A stretch of DNA of 64,000 nucleotides from the human T2T-CHM13v2.0 reference genome, Homo sapiens. Numbering within the stretch: position 1 is the stretch's first letter; each line of letters opens with the position of its first letter. The DNA lies in assembly GCF_009914755.1 (NCBI RefSeq), contig NC_060933.1. The stretch is one strand, 5' to 3'. The notes beneath the pieces were generated by a model, which was not told the DNA's origin, made no database searches, and was given only the letters and a program-made list of their open reading frames with translations. A program made the translations under genes and the position numbers. Shown one piece after another: positions 1 through 19,704 of this stretch.

Positions 1-235
1 GATGAAGACTTGGGTGTGGAGTCAGCCTGCCTCCCAGAGCTACGGGCTCCCTTTGCAAGCAGTGCTGCTCTTCTGAGCACACTGTGCTCTCCAAGGACGG
101 AGAGTTGTGGGAGCAAATGCTGATTTTCTTTCTAGCAGAAGTCTTGTCTGATTGATAGAACTGGGGGGTTTAGCTAAAATAAAAAATAAAAAAAAAAAGA
201 AAGAAAAGAAGAAAGAAAGCCTGTCTTACAAGACC

Positions 236-275
236 TGAGTCACCCCGTTCCTCGTCACCCGCACTGAGTCAGCTG
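236..275. promoter_or_regulatory. Paired AP-1 motifs (TGAGTCA at 236-242 and 265-271)
   Basis: Exact consensus matches in non-repetitive DNA; function not shown. Confidence 0.4.
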
Positions 276-426
276 CAGCTATCTCCGCTCTCTTCCACGA
301 AGAAAGGCAAAGACTGCTCTTCTGTTTTCCTGGCTTCTGAAAAACAAGTCCTAGCCTATTTGAGGTTTTTTCATTTTGAGGACAAGAAAATGAATATGCC
401 GTGCTTCAGGAAACCACTCACATCAC

Positions 427-548
427 AAGTAACTTCATCTCCCTGTGCCTATGTGCCTGAGAGATGTGTAAAATGGGGATAGTAACAGTACCCATCACAC
501 AGGGCAGATGTGATGTGTAGTGAGATCATCAAGGTCAAATGCTTCTCA
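427..548 (+). mobile_element. MIR SINE fragment
   Basis: Core-like tgtaaaatggggatagtaacagtaccc. Confidence 0.7.
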
Positions 549-859
549 GCCAAATCCTGCCCATTCTTCAACTGGCTACAACTCTCTGCAAAGCCTTCCC
601 TAAAGCCACCAATCCAGCTCTGTCACTTCCTCAGAGAGGCCTTCCCTGAAGGCAAGAATTTTGTCAACCTTGTTCACAATTGTATTCTCTATTCCAAGAA
701 CACTGACATAAAAAATATTTGATAGATTGATTAAAGAAATAATCCTCTACCTCCTCCAAATTATCATAGCATTTTACTCTACAATCTTATCTGACATTAA
801 TATCCTATACATGTACTGGACATAGAAAATTATTACCGATTTCACATTTACTTTGTATG

Positions 860-992
860 CCTGTCTTATCTCAATTAGAGCATAAGCTCTGACAGTAGGG
901 TCTAATTCTCAGAGTTCTGTATATTCTTCAACAGGGAATATATAGAACAGTACTCTGCATGTAGTAGTTCTGCAATAAGTATTTAGTAAATA
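860..992 (+). mobile_element. L2 3' end fragment
   Basis: Degenerate L2 tail ending in caataagtatttagtaaat. Confidence 0.55.
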
Positions 993-1371
993 TTTTAAAA
1001 ATTGAATTCCTCCAGCACAGGCAATCAATATGAATGTCATCCTTTCCCCTACAGTAAGGAACCTCAAGAAAAACATTTTATATTTACCCCTATGTTTTTC
1101 TCATGAATTCTATTCATCTGACTTTCTTGAAAGGCCAATCAAGGTGTAGACTAGGAATGAAGGAAGAAGCAGATTACTGGCTATGAGCCAGTAGTGTAGG
1201 AGAAAGACTATATGCTAAAGACTTGATCAGAAATGCTGGATTTCTCTCTCTCTCTCTCTCTCTGGCCTTAAACATCTATAAAAATCAGCTATGTTTCAAC
1301 CCAAAAAGTGCAAATGATATATTCAAATGTGACACAAGGATTACTACTGGGGCATTAGTAAAACAAATTGT

Positions 1372-1388
1372 TAGTGCCACCTGTTGGT
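1372..1388 (-). promoter_or_regulatory. CTCF-like motif ACCAACAGGTGGCACTA
   Basis: One mismatch to the CCASYAGRKGGCR core. Confidence 0.45.
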
Positions 1389-1589
1389 AGAAAAGTCTTA
1401 TGAAAAATAATTGCTTATCTACATAACCCAGACTAAGCAACCATCAACAAACTATTATATATGGAGGACAGGCTAGGTCAGTGCTTTTCTGACATCTGTT
1501 TAAAATGAAGTAGTGAATGGTCTGGAGCTGCAGGGCTGGCCAGTGAACGGGGAGCCTCAGAAACACCAAGTTTATGTGAGCACAGCTTA

Positions 1590-2031
<442 letters not shown>

Positions 2032-2424
2032 CTACAAAGAATCCACAAGAAATTCAATAGACCAGAAAAAGTAGAACAACTGAATAACAGGTATAAGAGC
2101 CCACAAGGTGAAAACAGCTGGAGTTGATGGAATTCAACAGTATTGTGATGACTATAACCCAGGCCCTTTCAGTATCAGTGTATCATCACAGGTGTGCAAG
2201 TTCAGGAGCAATACTCAATGTAAACTTAAAAAAAAAAAGAATTTGTAGATGACATGGCAGAGATAGGGTGAGGGTGATAGTTCAGAAGAGCTAAAAGTTC
2301 CTTTGCCAAGGTTGGAACGGGAGTTCAAAGAAAAAACAAATTTTAAAGATTTTAAAAATTAATTTATCTTTCCCTTTACTAAGAACCCTAGCCAAACATA
2401 CTGAGAATTAGAAATGGATGTTGT

Positions 2425-3141
<717 letters not shown>

Positions 3142-3623
3142 TTATATATGCAAAAAGTAACATGAAACCCATTTTGCAAGACTGCAGAATGCACTAAAGT
3201 AATAATTTATGGTGAACACCAGCAGTCACCAAAACTCCCACTGAATCACATTGTAATTATATGGAGAAAACAGTATTTGTGTTCTCAAATAGAATGTTGT
3301 ATTTTTATACAAGTCAAAAGATGTTAAAAATGTGCCATAAGAAAAGACCACGCTGTGGATTCTAAAGTTTTAAAAATTATAGTACCAAGAAATTAAGATT
3401 TATATATTTTTGAATTACTAAATATCTAGATTGACCATATCTATTTTTGTTTTAATTTTCCCTAAATATTCTGAAAATCATTTTATAGTTTTTAACACAC
3501 CATCATAGTTTGTGCACGGATGGCCACCTTTAGTGTGTGATTTCAGTGAAGTTCCCATTGAAGTTATTTATAAGCAGTGGACCTATTTTACTTCTTATAT
3601 TTGAACTTCTTAAGAAGTTTCTT

Positions 3624-3926
3624 GACCAGGCATGGTGGCTCATGCCTGTAATCCCAGCACTTTGGGAGGCTGAGGCGGGCAGATCACCTGAGGTCAGGAG
3701 TTCGAGACCAACCTGGCCAACATGGCGAAACTTCGTCTCTACTAAAAATACAAAAATTAGCTGGGCGTTGTGGCAGGTGCCTGTAATCCTAGCTACTCAG
3801 GAGGGTGAGACAAGAGAATCACTTGAACCCAGCAGGTGGAGGTTCCAGTGAGCTGAGATCGCACCACTGCACTCCAGCCTGCGCAACAAGAGCAAAACTC
3901 TGTCTCAAAAAAAAAAAAAAAAAAAA
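3624..3926 (+). mobile_element. AluS full length
   Basis: Dimeric Alu, poly(A), TSD aagtttct. Confidence 0.93.
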
Positions 3927-4139
3927 GTTTCTCGGGGTATGTTTTTAAAAAAAATATTTTATTACATTTAAAATGATACCTTTTCATGAAAAATATTTAT
4001 TTTATGAGTGATAAATTATAAATTTAAATATGAGGTGAATTTGTTCCCTTCAACTACCTATAATATCTATAGCATCCAGCATACAGCCCTTTGTACAAAA
4101 TGTAACATTTAGAAGCTAAAATATACATCATCCTCCCCC

Positions 4140-5320
4140 AAAATAATGATTTTCTTGTAGACACAAGCAAGATTATTCTAAAATGCATATGTAAAGGCAA
4201 AGTAACTGGAATAGCTACTTTTTTTAAAAAAAAAAGAAAGAAACTGGCACAAATCAGTTCATCTGATGGCAAGGCTTATTAACAGTAGCCCCCTCTTATC
4301 TGCAGGAAATATCTTCCGGGACACCCAGTGGGTGCCTGAAACCATGGATGGCACCCAAACCCAGGTGTACTACGATTTTTCCTATACATACATACCTATG
4401 ATAAAATCTAACTTATAAATTAGGCACAGTTAGAGATTAACAACAATAACTAAGAATAAATAGAACAATTACACCACCATACCAGTATCACTACTCTTGT
4501 GCTTTGGGTACACTACTAAATAAAATAAGGGTTCCTTGCAATGAGACATTGCAGTGAGATCGTGCCACTGTACGATTTCACTGTTCCTTGAAAGCGCTGT
4601 GATAACATAGCAGTTGATCTGATAACCAAGGCAGCTACTAAGTGACTGATGGGTGGGTAGCATATACACAGTGGATATGCTGGAAAAAGGGCTGATTTAC
4701 ATCCCAGGTGGGATGGAACAAGATGCTGCAGGGTTTCATCACACTATTCAGAATGGTGTACAATTTAAAACTTAGGATGAATTGCTTATTTCTCAAATTT
4801 TCCATTTAATATTTTTGAGCCAGTTGACCATGGGTAACTGAAACTGCAAATAAGTGGGGACTATCATATATAGCTACAATAATCAAGCCTATGTACACAG
4901 AGATCACACATAGATCAATGGAATAGAATATAGAATCCAGAAATAGATCCAAACAAATATACCCAACTATTTTTGACAAAGTTGCAAAAGTAATTCAATG
5001 GAGGAAAGATCGCCTTTTCAATAAATGGAACTGAAACACTTAGACATCCATAGGCACAATCTAAGTCTCACAGCTTATATAAAAATCACCTGTAAATGGA
5101 TCATGGACTTAAATGTAAAACATAAAACTATGAAATTTCTGGGAAAAACAAAAAACAGAATAAAAATTGTTGGGATCTAGGGTAGATTTGAAACCCAAAG
5201 CACAATTCATAAAAGAAAAAAATTGATAAATTGAACTCCATCATAATTAAAAACTTTTTGCTCCCATTAGGGTTACAAGGACAAGCTACAGAACGGGAGA
5301 AAGTATCTGCAAACTACCAT
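4140..5320 (+). mobile_element. Old L1M ORF2 fragment interrupted by MER44
   Basis: Degenerate ORF2 motifs (atagatcaatggaatagaata...gaatccagaaatagatcc; ttttcaataaatgg). Confidence 0.8.
4283..4865 (+). mobile_element. MER44 (TcMar-Tigger) DNA transposon
   Basis: TIR cagtagcccc...ggggactat; internal tcctatacatacatacctatgataaa. Confidence 0.8.
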
Positions 5321-5489
5321 AGCCAACGAGCAGTAAGGACAAATGCAATTCAGAAAATGATGCTGGGAAAATGACATGTGGACATGCTGTCAATGTGCTT
5401 AAAAGTACGAAGGAGGGTTACATTAGGATGTTGAAAATCAACTGGGTTTTCATTGGTGCTGAGTTTAGAGGTGTGTGTGGGAATGCAGA

Positions 5490-5922
5490 GCCTTTCAGTG
5501 GCTTTATTATCTGGGGGAATTCCCTCTTTTGTGTGAGTCTATGGGAGAGACACGGTCCTACACTCCCCTATGAAAGCAAAAAGGATTAGACATTCCCAGT
5601 CACTAAACACTAATAAGACATGGAGGTGTGAAACATCCTGTGCAATACTCCAGCCAGGACATTATGAATCTGGATGGACGGACCAAAGGAATGGGACAGT
5701 TCCATATTTCCCACAGTGAAGATGGTGACTCTTCGCATGGTGAGACTCCATTTTCTTCTCTGCTGCCAGCCTTTCTTGGGTCTTACTCACTGCTGAAGTC
5801 TAATTCTCCAGCTTTTCCATCAACTCTGTGAACTGCCCAATAACTTCCCTGTAAATTATTTTTCTGCTGAAGTTAATGCAAGCCATTTTCTGTTGTTTGC
5901 AAACAGGAGCCCTTAGGTGGCA
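5490..5922 (+). mobile_element. ERVL LTR33-like solo LTR remnant
   Basis: 3' end ttttctgctgaagttaa...ttttctgttgtttgcaa resembles the LTR33/MLT terminus. Confidence 0.45.
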
Positions 5923-6114
5923 CATACTGTTAAATGTTTCCTACAACAAGATCATGTTAAAGTCACTCATTCCCAGGCAGATCTCACAAACAGGTATTTC
6001 CTGCAGCCACCCGGGAGTTTCTCTCACCTCTAATATCAAAGTTGTTTTTTATTTGCTGCCCTTTTCAAAGCTGTCTGGCTCCAAGCAAATTATTCCTCTG
6101 GATCCCATCTGTCA

Positions 6115-6540
<426 letters not shown>

Positions 6541-7194
6541 TTATGTGATTTTTTTAAAAAAAATCCATCATCAGTGCAGAAGGGTTATAAAGCAAAAGAA
6601 GAAGAAAAAAGCGACCCCCATCCATCCTACCCAGTGTCACCCCCCAGAAGGAAATACTTCACAGTTGCTTGTGATACGTAAGGGTTTGGTGTTGGACATC
6701 TTTGATGTCAGACTCCCCTCATCCAAACTCTCCTTTACGTTGAGAAACAAAAACGATGCAAGTGAAACATCAGCTAAGAAACCGATACGGTAAAAATGAT
6801 GGCAGTAAAGTGATCCTAACAACCACTGTCGAAATGACCCACTTCAGTTCATGGCACCTTCAGAGGACCACTCTCAAGAAAATAAGGGAAAAATGTGTGC
6901 AGATTCCTATCTACCAGGTGGAAAAAACAGGTGACTAACAATTTAACAGTACAAATACCTTGCAAACGGTATGATTTTAACCAGTGAAACTCCATGTACT
7001 GCATGTCTCAAGTACCCTAACGTTAGCCAGGTCTCTATCTCTATGGATTTAAAATCAAAACCCCTCAACACAACACTCTGTAATGTTCTTACCAATCTGT
7101 ATCAATTTGACATAAGTTTAGTTCCATAATTAACCTTTGCTATCTAGTCAAAAAACGTAGATAAATCAGCTGGTATCAGAAGAGCGCCTCAGAG

Positions 7195-7651
<457 letters not shown>

Positions 7652-8039
7652 TCAAAAATCAAAATATACTCTTGAGAGTTAAGGAAATTGGGAAAGAGGA
7701 GTTCCTTCTCACTGCTTTACATTTCCCGAAAGACGGCTCTCCTCATCCCTCACCCTGCTTTTTTCCTGGCATTCTGACTGTTTCTTTGGGAAATCAGAGA
7801 GGGCTTACAGGTCTCTCATATTTGGCCCCCAGAGTACTCTGTTTCTGAAGCTGCACTAGGCTCGGTGGAAAACTTACCAGAAATGATCAGTGATGTCAAC
7901 CATGAGCTCAGGAAGGGAGGGGAGGGAGACGGCAAATAGTGGGCTTTTGACCCTCCCTGCACTAAATTATTTGTGATATGCATATGATAGCCACATCCAT
8001 CTTGCTAAACCTTTCTCTTTGGTGTTCCTCCAGGCCAAA

Positions 8040-8612
8040 TTGCTCTCCAACCCAGTGATGCACATTAGAATTAGAGAGTTTTTTGCTTAAAAACTCTCCC
8101 ACTTCTTAGCCAGGTGTGGTGGCGGGCACCTGTAGCATCGGTTAACTACTTGGGAGGCTGAGGCAGGAAAATCGCTTGAATTCGGGAGTCAGAGATTGCA
8201 GTGAGCTGAGATCATGCCACTGCACTCCAGCCTGGGCGACAGAGTGAGACTCCATCTCAAAAGAAGCAAAAAAAAAAAAAACAAACCCCAAAACTCTCCC
8301 ATATGGGCTCCATCCCCAGCGAAGATTCTGATGTAACTGGTTTGTGCAGTAGGTAGGGCATCTGTGTTCTTCAAAAGTCTCCCCAGGTAATTCTAACATG
8401 CAGCCAGGTCCAAGAACCTCTGGTAAACCTAGTGGTTTTCACAGGCTGGTGGCCAAACGAGCTGCCTCAGCATCACCTGGGGATTTGTTAAAAATGCAAA
8501 TTCTGGGGCCCTACTCCAGACTTACTGAATCAGAAACTCTGTAGGGTGAGGCTCAGTAATTGCACAAGCCCTCCAGGTGATTCTCATGCACAATTAATTC
8601 TGACAGCCATTG
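8040..8612. mobile_element. MER5B/MER5A cluster with an Alu right arm (8106-8288, +)
   Basis: MER5 motifs catcacctgggg, tactgaatcagaaactct; Alu TSD aaaaactctccca. Confidence 0.75.
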
Positions 8613-9186
8613 AGAGCCCTGTTCACACCTCAATTTAAGAATCTTCCCATGAAGGAGATTCTGGGAAAAGCAATGGCCACCTCCGTCTACATTAACAATC
8701 ACAGTTTGCAGTTTTTAAGGACAAAAACAACTTCCTCAATTTTTTAAGCCAAGTGAGCTAATAATAATTCCAACTTGTCTTTCACTTTACATATCCATGG
8801 GAGGTGTTAATTACTCTTTCTGTCTGCCTTAAACATCACATCATAATTCTAAACTAGCAATTCCTAGAATGTACTTATGAGCTGCTGAATGATTTGAAGA
8901 GTGGCAAAGTGTTATGGAGAAAAAGCTGAAGCAAGCCCCGCTGGGCTCAGTGGGAAATGAAAAGGTAATTAAATATTATTTGGCTGTTTTCTACACCAAG
9001 CTGGAAACCCTCCCCGGGGTTTATGGGTTGAACAAATAAATAGGAGAAAATAGGGATAAGCTTCTTGACATTTTTTCTTTCAGGCCCTTCAAACACCCTT
9101 GGGATCAAAATGTCCTAAGGAACTAGGCAGACCAGTGAAGGCTTGGCTACATCAAGCAAAGTTATCTTGACAAAATTTATGGTTAT

Positions 9187-9877
<691 letters not shown>

Positions 9878-10859
9878 CTTATAAAACCTTTTTATGATCC
9901 ATATTGACTGTCTATTCCTGAATTAAATCTCATTCACTTTTCTGTTGCTAGAGAAACCTACAACATGACTTGGTAGGAAGCCACATAACAGAGCCTTAAA
10001 AACCTCACATTTTCTAGATCCTAACCTTTCCCTTGAGCTGATGAATTCTCTCTTAGAAAGAAAATTCACCAAAGAGAAAGGTCCCTGCTGCAGCATATAT
10101 GTGGGCAGGGAATGACTGCAGAAAGAACAAAAGCCTTCTGTGCGCATAACACAGAAATGCCCTGGATGAGAAGACAGCGCGGAAAGGCACAGCAGCAAGG
10201 ATGAGGCAGAGCCAGCAGCGCCACACGCAGAGAAATCCAGATGCAGGCCTGAAAGTTACATTTCATTCTGCTACTTGGTCATTTGAGAACCAGAGAGTTG
10301 TATTCTGAGTCCACTTGATGTTAAATATTATCCTATTCTGCAGAGTTTGAACTGGGTGCCCTGGGAGACTACCTCACTGTATTTATTAGGATAGAGGTGC
10401 CGCTAGGGCAGATGGAGGTGGTTATGTTTTGCCTCCAGCCCCAGGGCAAGCTTCAAAGCCAACCTTATCCCATATCCATCAGCTGATGGAGGAACCCTCT
10501 GAGATCAGGAGAACCAGGTGCAAATGAGCCTATAACCAACTTACTATGCATTTAGTTGTTTCACAATACGCATGTTCTCCACCATAAAAATATCTTTTTT
10601 GAATTGACTAAATAACATATGATCAAGGCTTTAAAAATTTTAAATAATCTAAAAACATAAGGACAAAAAGTAAAATCACCTGATATTCTACCACCTAGAG
10701 ACAACTGTTTGAGTCCCATCCTTTCATACATCTTTCCACCTATGCCCCTGTGCACACACACACACGCAGTTTTACGCAGCTAACATCTGTTATTCTAAAT
10801 TTTATTTCACTATATTTTATTTTCTTATAATTCCCCTCCTCTCCTGCTCCCCATCTCTA

Positions 10860-12700
<1,841 letters not shown>

Positions 12701-13327
12701 CTGATTGTTTAAAATTGAAACTCATGGTTTTAGTTGCAGAATGTCCTTTTTACTTAATACTGAATGTCAGCCAGCTCTGAGATCGAAGTTGTATTGCTAT
12801 AACTAGCTGACTTTGCCTCACGCCAGTGCCTATAACGCTGGCTGCCCGGGCAACCTGTTCTGAGCACTCTCCCTGTGCTTCCTCTCTGTTGCTGGGTCCA
12901 GTGAAGTGTGCAACTAAAATTTTCCCTTTGCTGGCTACGGCTCCATTCACCCTTAGGGCTGAGTTCAGGTTGCTGCAACATCTTCAGCAGCAGAACCAGT
13001 CTGCAAGCTGTCAGTCCTCTGTTGGGGGCAGTGGGAGCATCACTGGGAGAATCTCCTCATCTACAAAGGCTAGAATCCACACAGTCTCAGAACTACGGAA
13101 GACCTGGCCCCACTCTTCATTTCCCCTGAAGCACCCTGAAGGCCAGAGAGACCTTCGACCCAGGAACATTCCTTCAGACAACTGCCTTTCGTCTCAGGGT
13201 TTGTGGATCTCCATAAGCCAAGTTCTCTTCAGGCCCCAAAGAACTCTTACCCGCACCCTAGGGCTCCTTGACTCTTGCAGGCTCTCTGCTTCTATAATTG
13301 CAGGACCAGCCCACACTGGGCCTGTTC

Positions 13328-13802
13328 TGTTGATAACAAAATGTTGAGTTACCTTATAACAGAGTCCACAGTTGCAAGTCATGTAGTCTGGGAATGTGCA
13401 ATAGAAAAAGCTTTGACTTCTAACGACACCCAGAACCAGGGATTCCGCCCCTCGGAACCAACAAGGCTGGAAGAGAACCAGACCCTGCATGCCAGAACTT
13501 CTTCAGAAGTGAGGGGTCTACTGATCCGGAAGATGTAGGGCTCAGCATACCTTACTGTAAGCTGTCAAATCTGAAGCCCTCTAATTAGACCTTGCCAAGC
13601 CAGCATTCCCAAATCCCTTCCCCTGCCTTCTGATCCCTTAAAACTTGCCCCAGATCCCAAATAGAGGAGAGAAATTTCAGCTGACTCTTGTCTCCTTGCG
13701 GGCTGGTTTTGCAATAAATAAAGCCCTTCTTTTCTCAAAAGCTGGTGCCATAGTTATTGGCTTCTGTGCACATCAGGCAGCAAGCCCATCTGCTCCATAA
13801 CA
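13328..13802 (+). mobile_element. ERV1 solo LTR (MER66-like)
   Basis: TG...CA termini; AATAAA at 13713; 3' end ttttctcaaaagctggtgccatagttattggcttct. Confidence 0.65.
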
Positions 13803-14119
13803 CTTCCTGATCCTACCTGCCTATCAGTCCCCTTCTCCATTCAGGACCCACTCAGGCTGCCATCTTCCCCTGAAAGGCACTGGCATCTCTTCTTCCTTAA
13901 TCTAGTTATATAATACTTATTATCCATTTGCCAAAGGCCATGCCTACTATAGGCAACCTGTAGCAGACAGGATCATTGTGCTGCTCACAGGTCTTTGTTT
14001 CATCCTGAAGCTTACTTCCAGCTTCTGTGGACAGCTCCGACATAAAATGACCGTATATGAACTCAAGCATCTCTGCCTCTCCACCTGAGGGTGTTCTCTG
14101 CCAGGCACGTTCTTGGTTG

Positions 14120-14524
14120 AAAGACAGCCCATAACTATCAAGCCTCAAGTATTGAGGGGTTAAGGCCCCCGGGGTGAAGCCTTCAACAAATGAAGAACAA
14201 GTGTTGCTAACTCCAGCTTCTCAGTCCTTCCCGGGCAACGAAGGAGCAGTTGGTAAATACTCTGGCTTCCTCAGCTCTTCACTGGGACAAATCGGAGGCA
14301 TGTTCCATCCAGTCTCCCTCAGTGCCCCCAATGGGACTGATCTCTAGGATCCCATACAGTGATGGTGATAACCTGGTCACTAATACAACCTTTTCCAGCT
14401 TTCCTCACTTCCCTGTCTCACCTCTGTACTTCTCCACTGTGCTTTCCGGGATCAGCAACCACATAAACTTCTTGTACTGAAGTTCCTGTTTCAGGGTCTG
14501 ATTTTGGGAAACCCCAAATAAGAC
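14120..14524 (+). mobile_element. ERVL LTR16-like solo LTR
   Basis: cttccctgtctcac...tcagggtctgattttgggaaaccccaaataagaca terminus. Confidence 0.7.
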
Positions 14525-14869
14525 ACAAGCATACCAGAGGCATAGTGGCGTCTCTGACAGACAGTTACCAGCATTCAGGGCCAACTGGTATCTGGGTCAA
14601 TAACATAGCATTTCCAGTGCAAAGGCCTCCTCTCCAGTCAGGGTCTATGTCGCTCTCATGGGTCAGGTCAAGGCAGATAATACAGAATATAAATCTAAAT
14701 TGCACCACGGTAGATCATGAATAGTAGGAATGAAAAAGTTAATGTAAATAAAAATGGACTAAGAGTGGATAAAGGTTAGACTATCCAGGTTGACCAAAAG
14801 CTAATATTTACCAGAGAAGGCCACAGACATTATGCTAGATAAGGTGCAAATCCTTTATATTTATTGTAT

Positions 14870-17104
<2,235 letters not shown>

Positions 17105-18023
17105 TACTTTAGAGTTGTGAAATACTACTAAGGCTACTTCCTAAAAATTATGCTATGGTTATATCTGAAATATCATACAATAATGAAAGGGAAAGGAAAC
17201 ATTCAGATTCAAAACTTTTTGTGACTACAGAACTCTACAGACACATTGACTGACTCTAATTAGTCAGGTATAAATGAAATTACCAGGAAATGGTTCCTTG
17301 ATGACACCTGTGACTGCACCTGCTATTTTGAGTATAACATCAGTGGCTGACATGGTATTCGAAATTCTCCCTCTGTGCAGAGTTGTCAAGAAACCTGTGT
17401 TTCTTCTTACAAAAAATGTGACGTGCATATAGGTCCCCTAGATTTCACTGGACTCTAGCCAGCAGTAAATCATGACAAATTAGCCAATATGTAAGCCCTG
17501 TTGTAGACACAGAATAATTATAAGACAAGAAATGTGTCACCCACTTGTGCAGAGATTAGCACAAATAAGCCAAAATAGGATTGAAACAAGGTTAAAAAAA
17601 TCACTTATATATGGAATATGTGGTGTATCCCTTCCTTTTTTCTGCGAATTAAGACATCAAATTGCTTTACTCACCAGAAGCATGGCCCTTGTACTTTCTC
17701 AACAAAGAATAAGGCATTTTCCCATCTGTCACAGCAGCTTCTGCTCATGACCAGACACATCCTTCATTCCTTTATCTAAGCCTAAACATTGTGCAAAGCC
17801 CCTGCCATGCTCAAATCAGCTCTTGGAAATGGATGGTATAGCTGGGAATCTCAGGAACTGGAGAAGACATCATTGCCAGGAACGACATCGTGATGAAGAT
17901 CTCTTACCCTCTGCAAGATTGGGATAGGGTGTGGAGTCTCACTGTCCATCATATGAATGAGAAAAATTAGGACAAAGAAAGAACACCAGGTATGTAGGGA
18001 AAAACAGCGGAGAAATGTCTAAG

Positions 18024-18218
18024 ACACTGGTTCTCAACCTTGGCTGCAGTTGGAATCATGTAGGGAACTTTAAAGAAATACTCACGCCTGGGTCCCTTCC
18101 CTCACCCCAGTCATTCTCCATTGAGATTATGATTCAATCTGGGATTGTGATGTGGGCATCAGGAATGTTATAAAGTCACCATGGGATCTAATTCCTAGCC
18201 AAGGCTGTAAACCACTGC
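18024..18218 (+). mobile_element. MER5B
   Basis: cactggttctcaaccttggctgca...aaaccactg. Confidence 0.75.
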
Positions 18219-18365
18219 TTTAAGAAGACAAATTTCCTGATTCTTAGGTCAGTCTTCTGGGATCCTGGCTGGGATCACAATTTACTGCAAGAGCTAATAA
18301 CCAGAATTAAAATAGTCTTGAAAAATCACTCTCCAATATGACAGTGAAAATGTGATTATATTCCG

Positions 18366-18380
18366 TCACTAGAGGGCGAA
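18366..18380 (+). promoter_or_regulatory. CTCF-like motif TCACTAGAGGGCGAA
   Basis: One mismatch to the CCASYAGRKGGCR core. Confidence 0.45.
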
Positions 18381-18865
18381 ATTTCTTAATTTTCAACATT
18401 TAATAACTATCATAGACTCAAGGTTCAGAATTCACTGAGGTTTGTCTCTTAAAACAAAACAAAAATAAGTAATGAAGTTCTAAAGAAGGTATACTAAAGC
18501 TTGACTTTCGTGCTATCAGCTCCTACCTATTTATGAAGTGAGACTTTAAGACGCAATTGAGAGCACTGTGTCCTTTCATTGCCACATACCCTCTTCCCAA
18601 AGGGTTTGTATTTTATAGGGTGTATTGTTTTTACAAAGTAAATGGCTTTGCTGTGTAGTCTATGTTACAAAACAGAAGGTAGGGCATCTTGAAACAGAAA
18701 TTTTGCATTACTAACCAGCTCCCAGAGGGGTCAACTCTGAGGCTGCTGGTAGAGAACTATACTTTGAGCAGCAGGAGGTGAAGAACCTAGGGGCAGATAC
18801 CATAACTCATTTTCTAAAGATATTCTAAAATGTAAACTCACATACCGATAACATGATTCCTGCCC

Positions 18866-18899
18866 ATCTATCATTCATCTATGTATGTATGTATGTATG

Positions 18900-18947
<48 letters not shown>

Positions 18948-18972
18948 ATCTGTCCATCTGTCATCTATCATC
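18866..18972. repeat. (TATG)n(TATC)n tetranucleotide microsatellite
   Basis: Directly visible tandem repeat. Confidence 0.95.
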
Positions 18973-19060
18973 ATGAAGGCAGAGAGACCACAAATCCAGG
19001 GGATTCCAAATTGACTGTGTATTAGAATCACTTGGTCTTGTCTTAAAAATAAAGATTCTA

Positions 19061-19454
<394 letters not shown>

Positions 19455-19704
19455 TCAGGAGATTTTGCTGGAGGCTGTTGCTTTTGAAAATCACTGTTCT
19501 TCTTCAAAGTCTTTCCTTTACAAAGAAATTGAGGCTGGAAGAGGAGAAGGGACCTTTCAAAGTTAGTGACATTACCAAAGCAGGATCCAGGTTCTCCTGG
19601 CCCTGCTAAACTGAGACACTTGTTGGAATTCAGCATGTGTGCTTGATCCTTCTTCTTATGCTGTGTCACTGACAGGTGTAGTAAGCTAGCTTCCAAAGAC
19701 AGTC

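Noticed and set aside
12826-13347. 173-aa plus-strand ORF in non-Alu sequence
   Set aside because: Non-ATG start, Ser/Leu-rich, no recognisable domain, runs into an LTR; likely chance. A BLASTP/PhyloCSF hit would change this.
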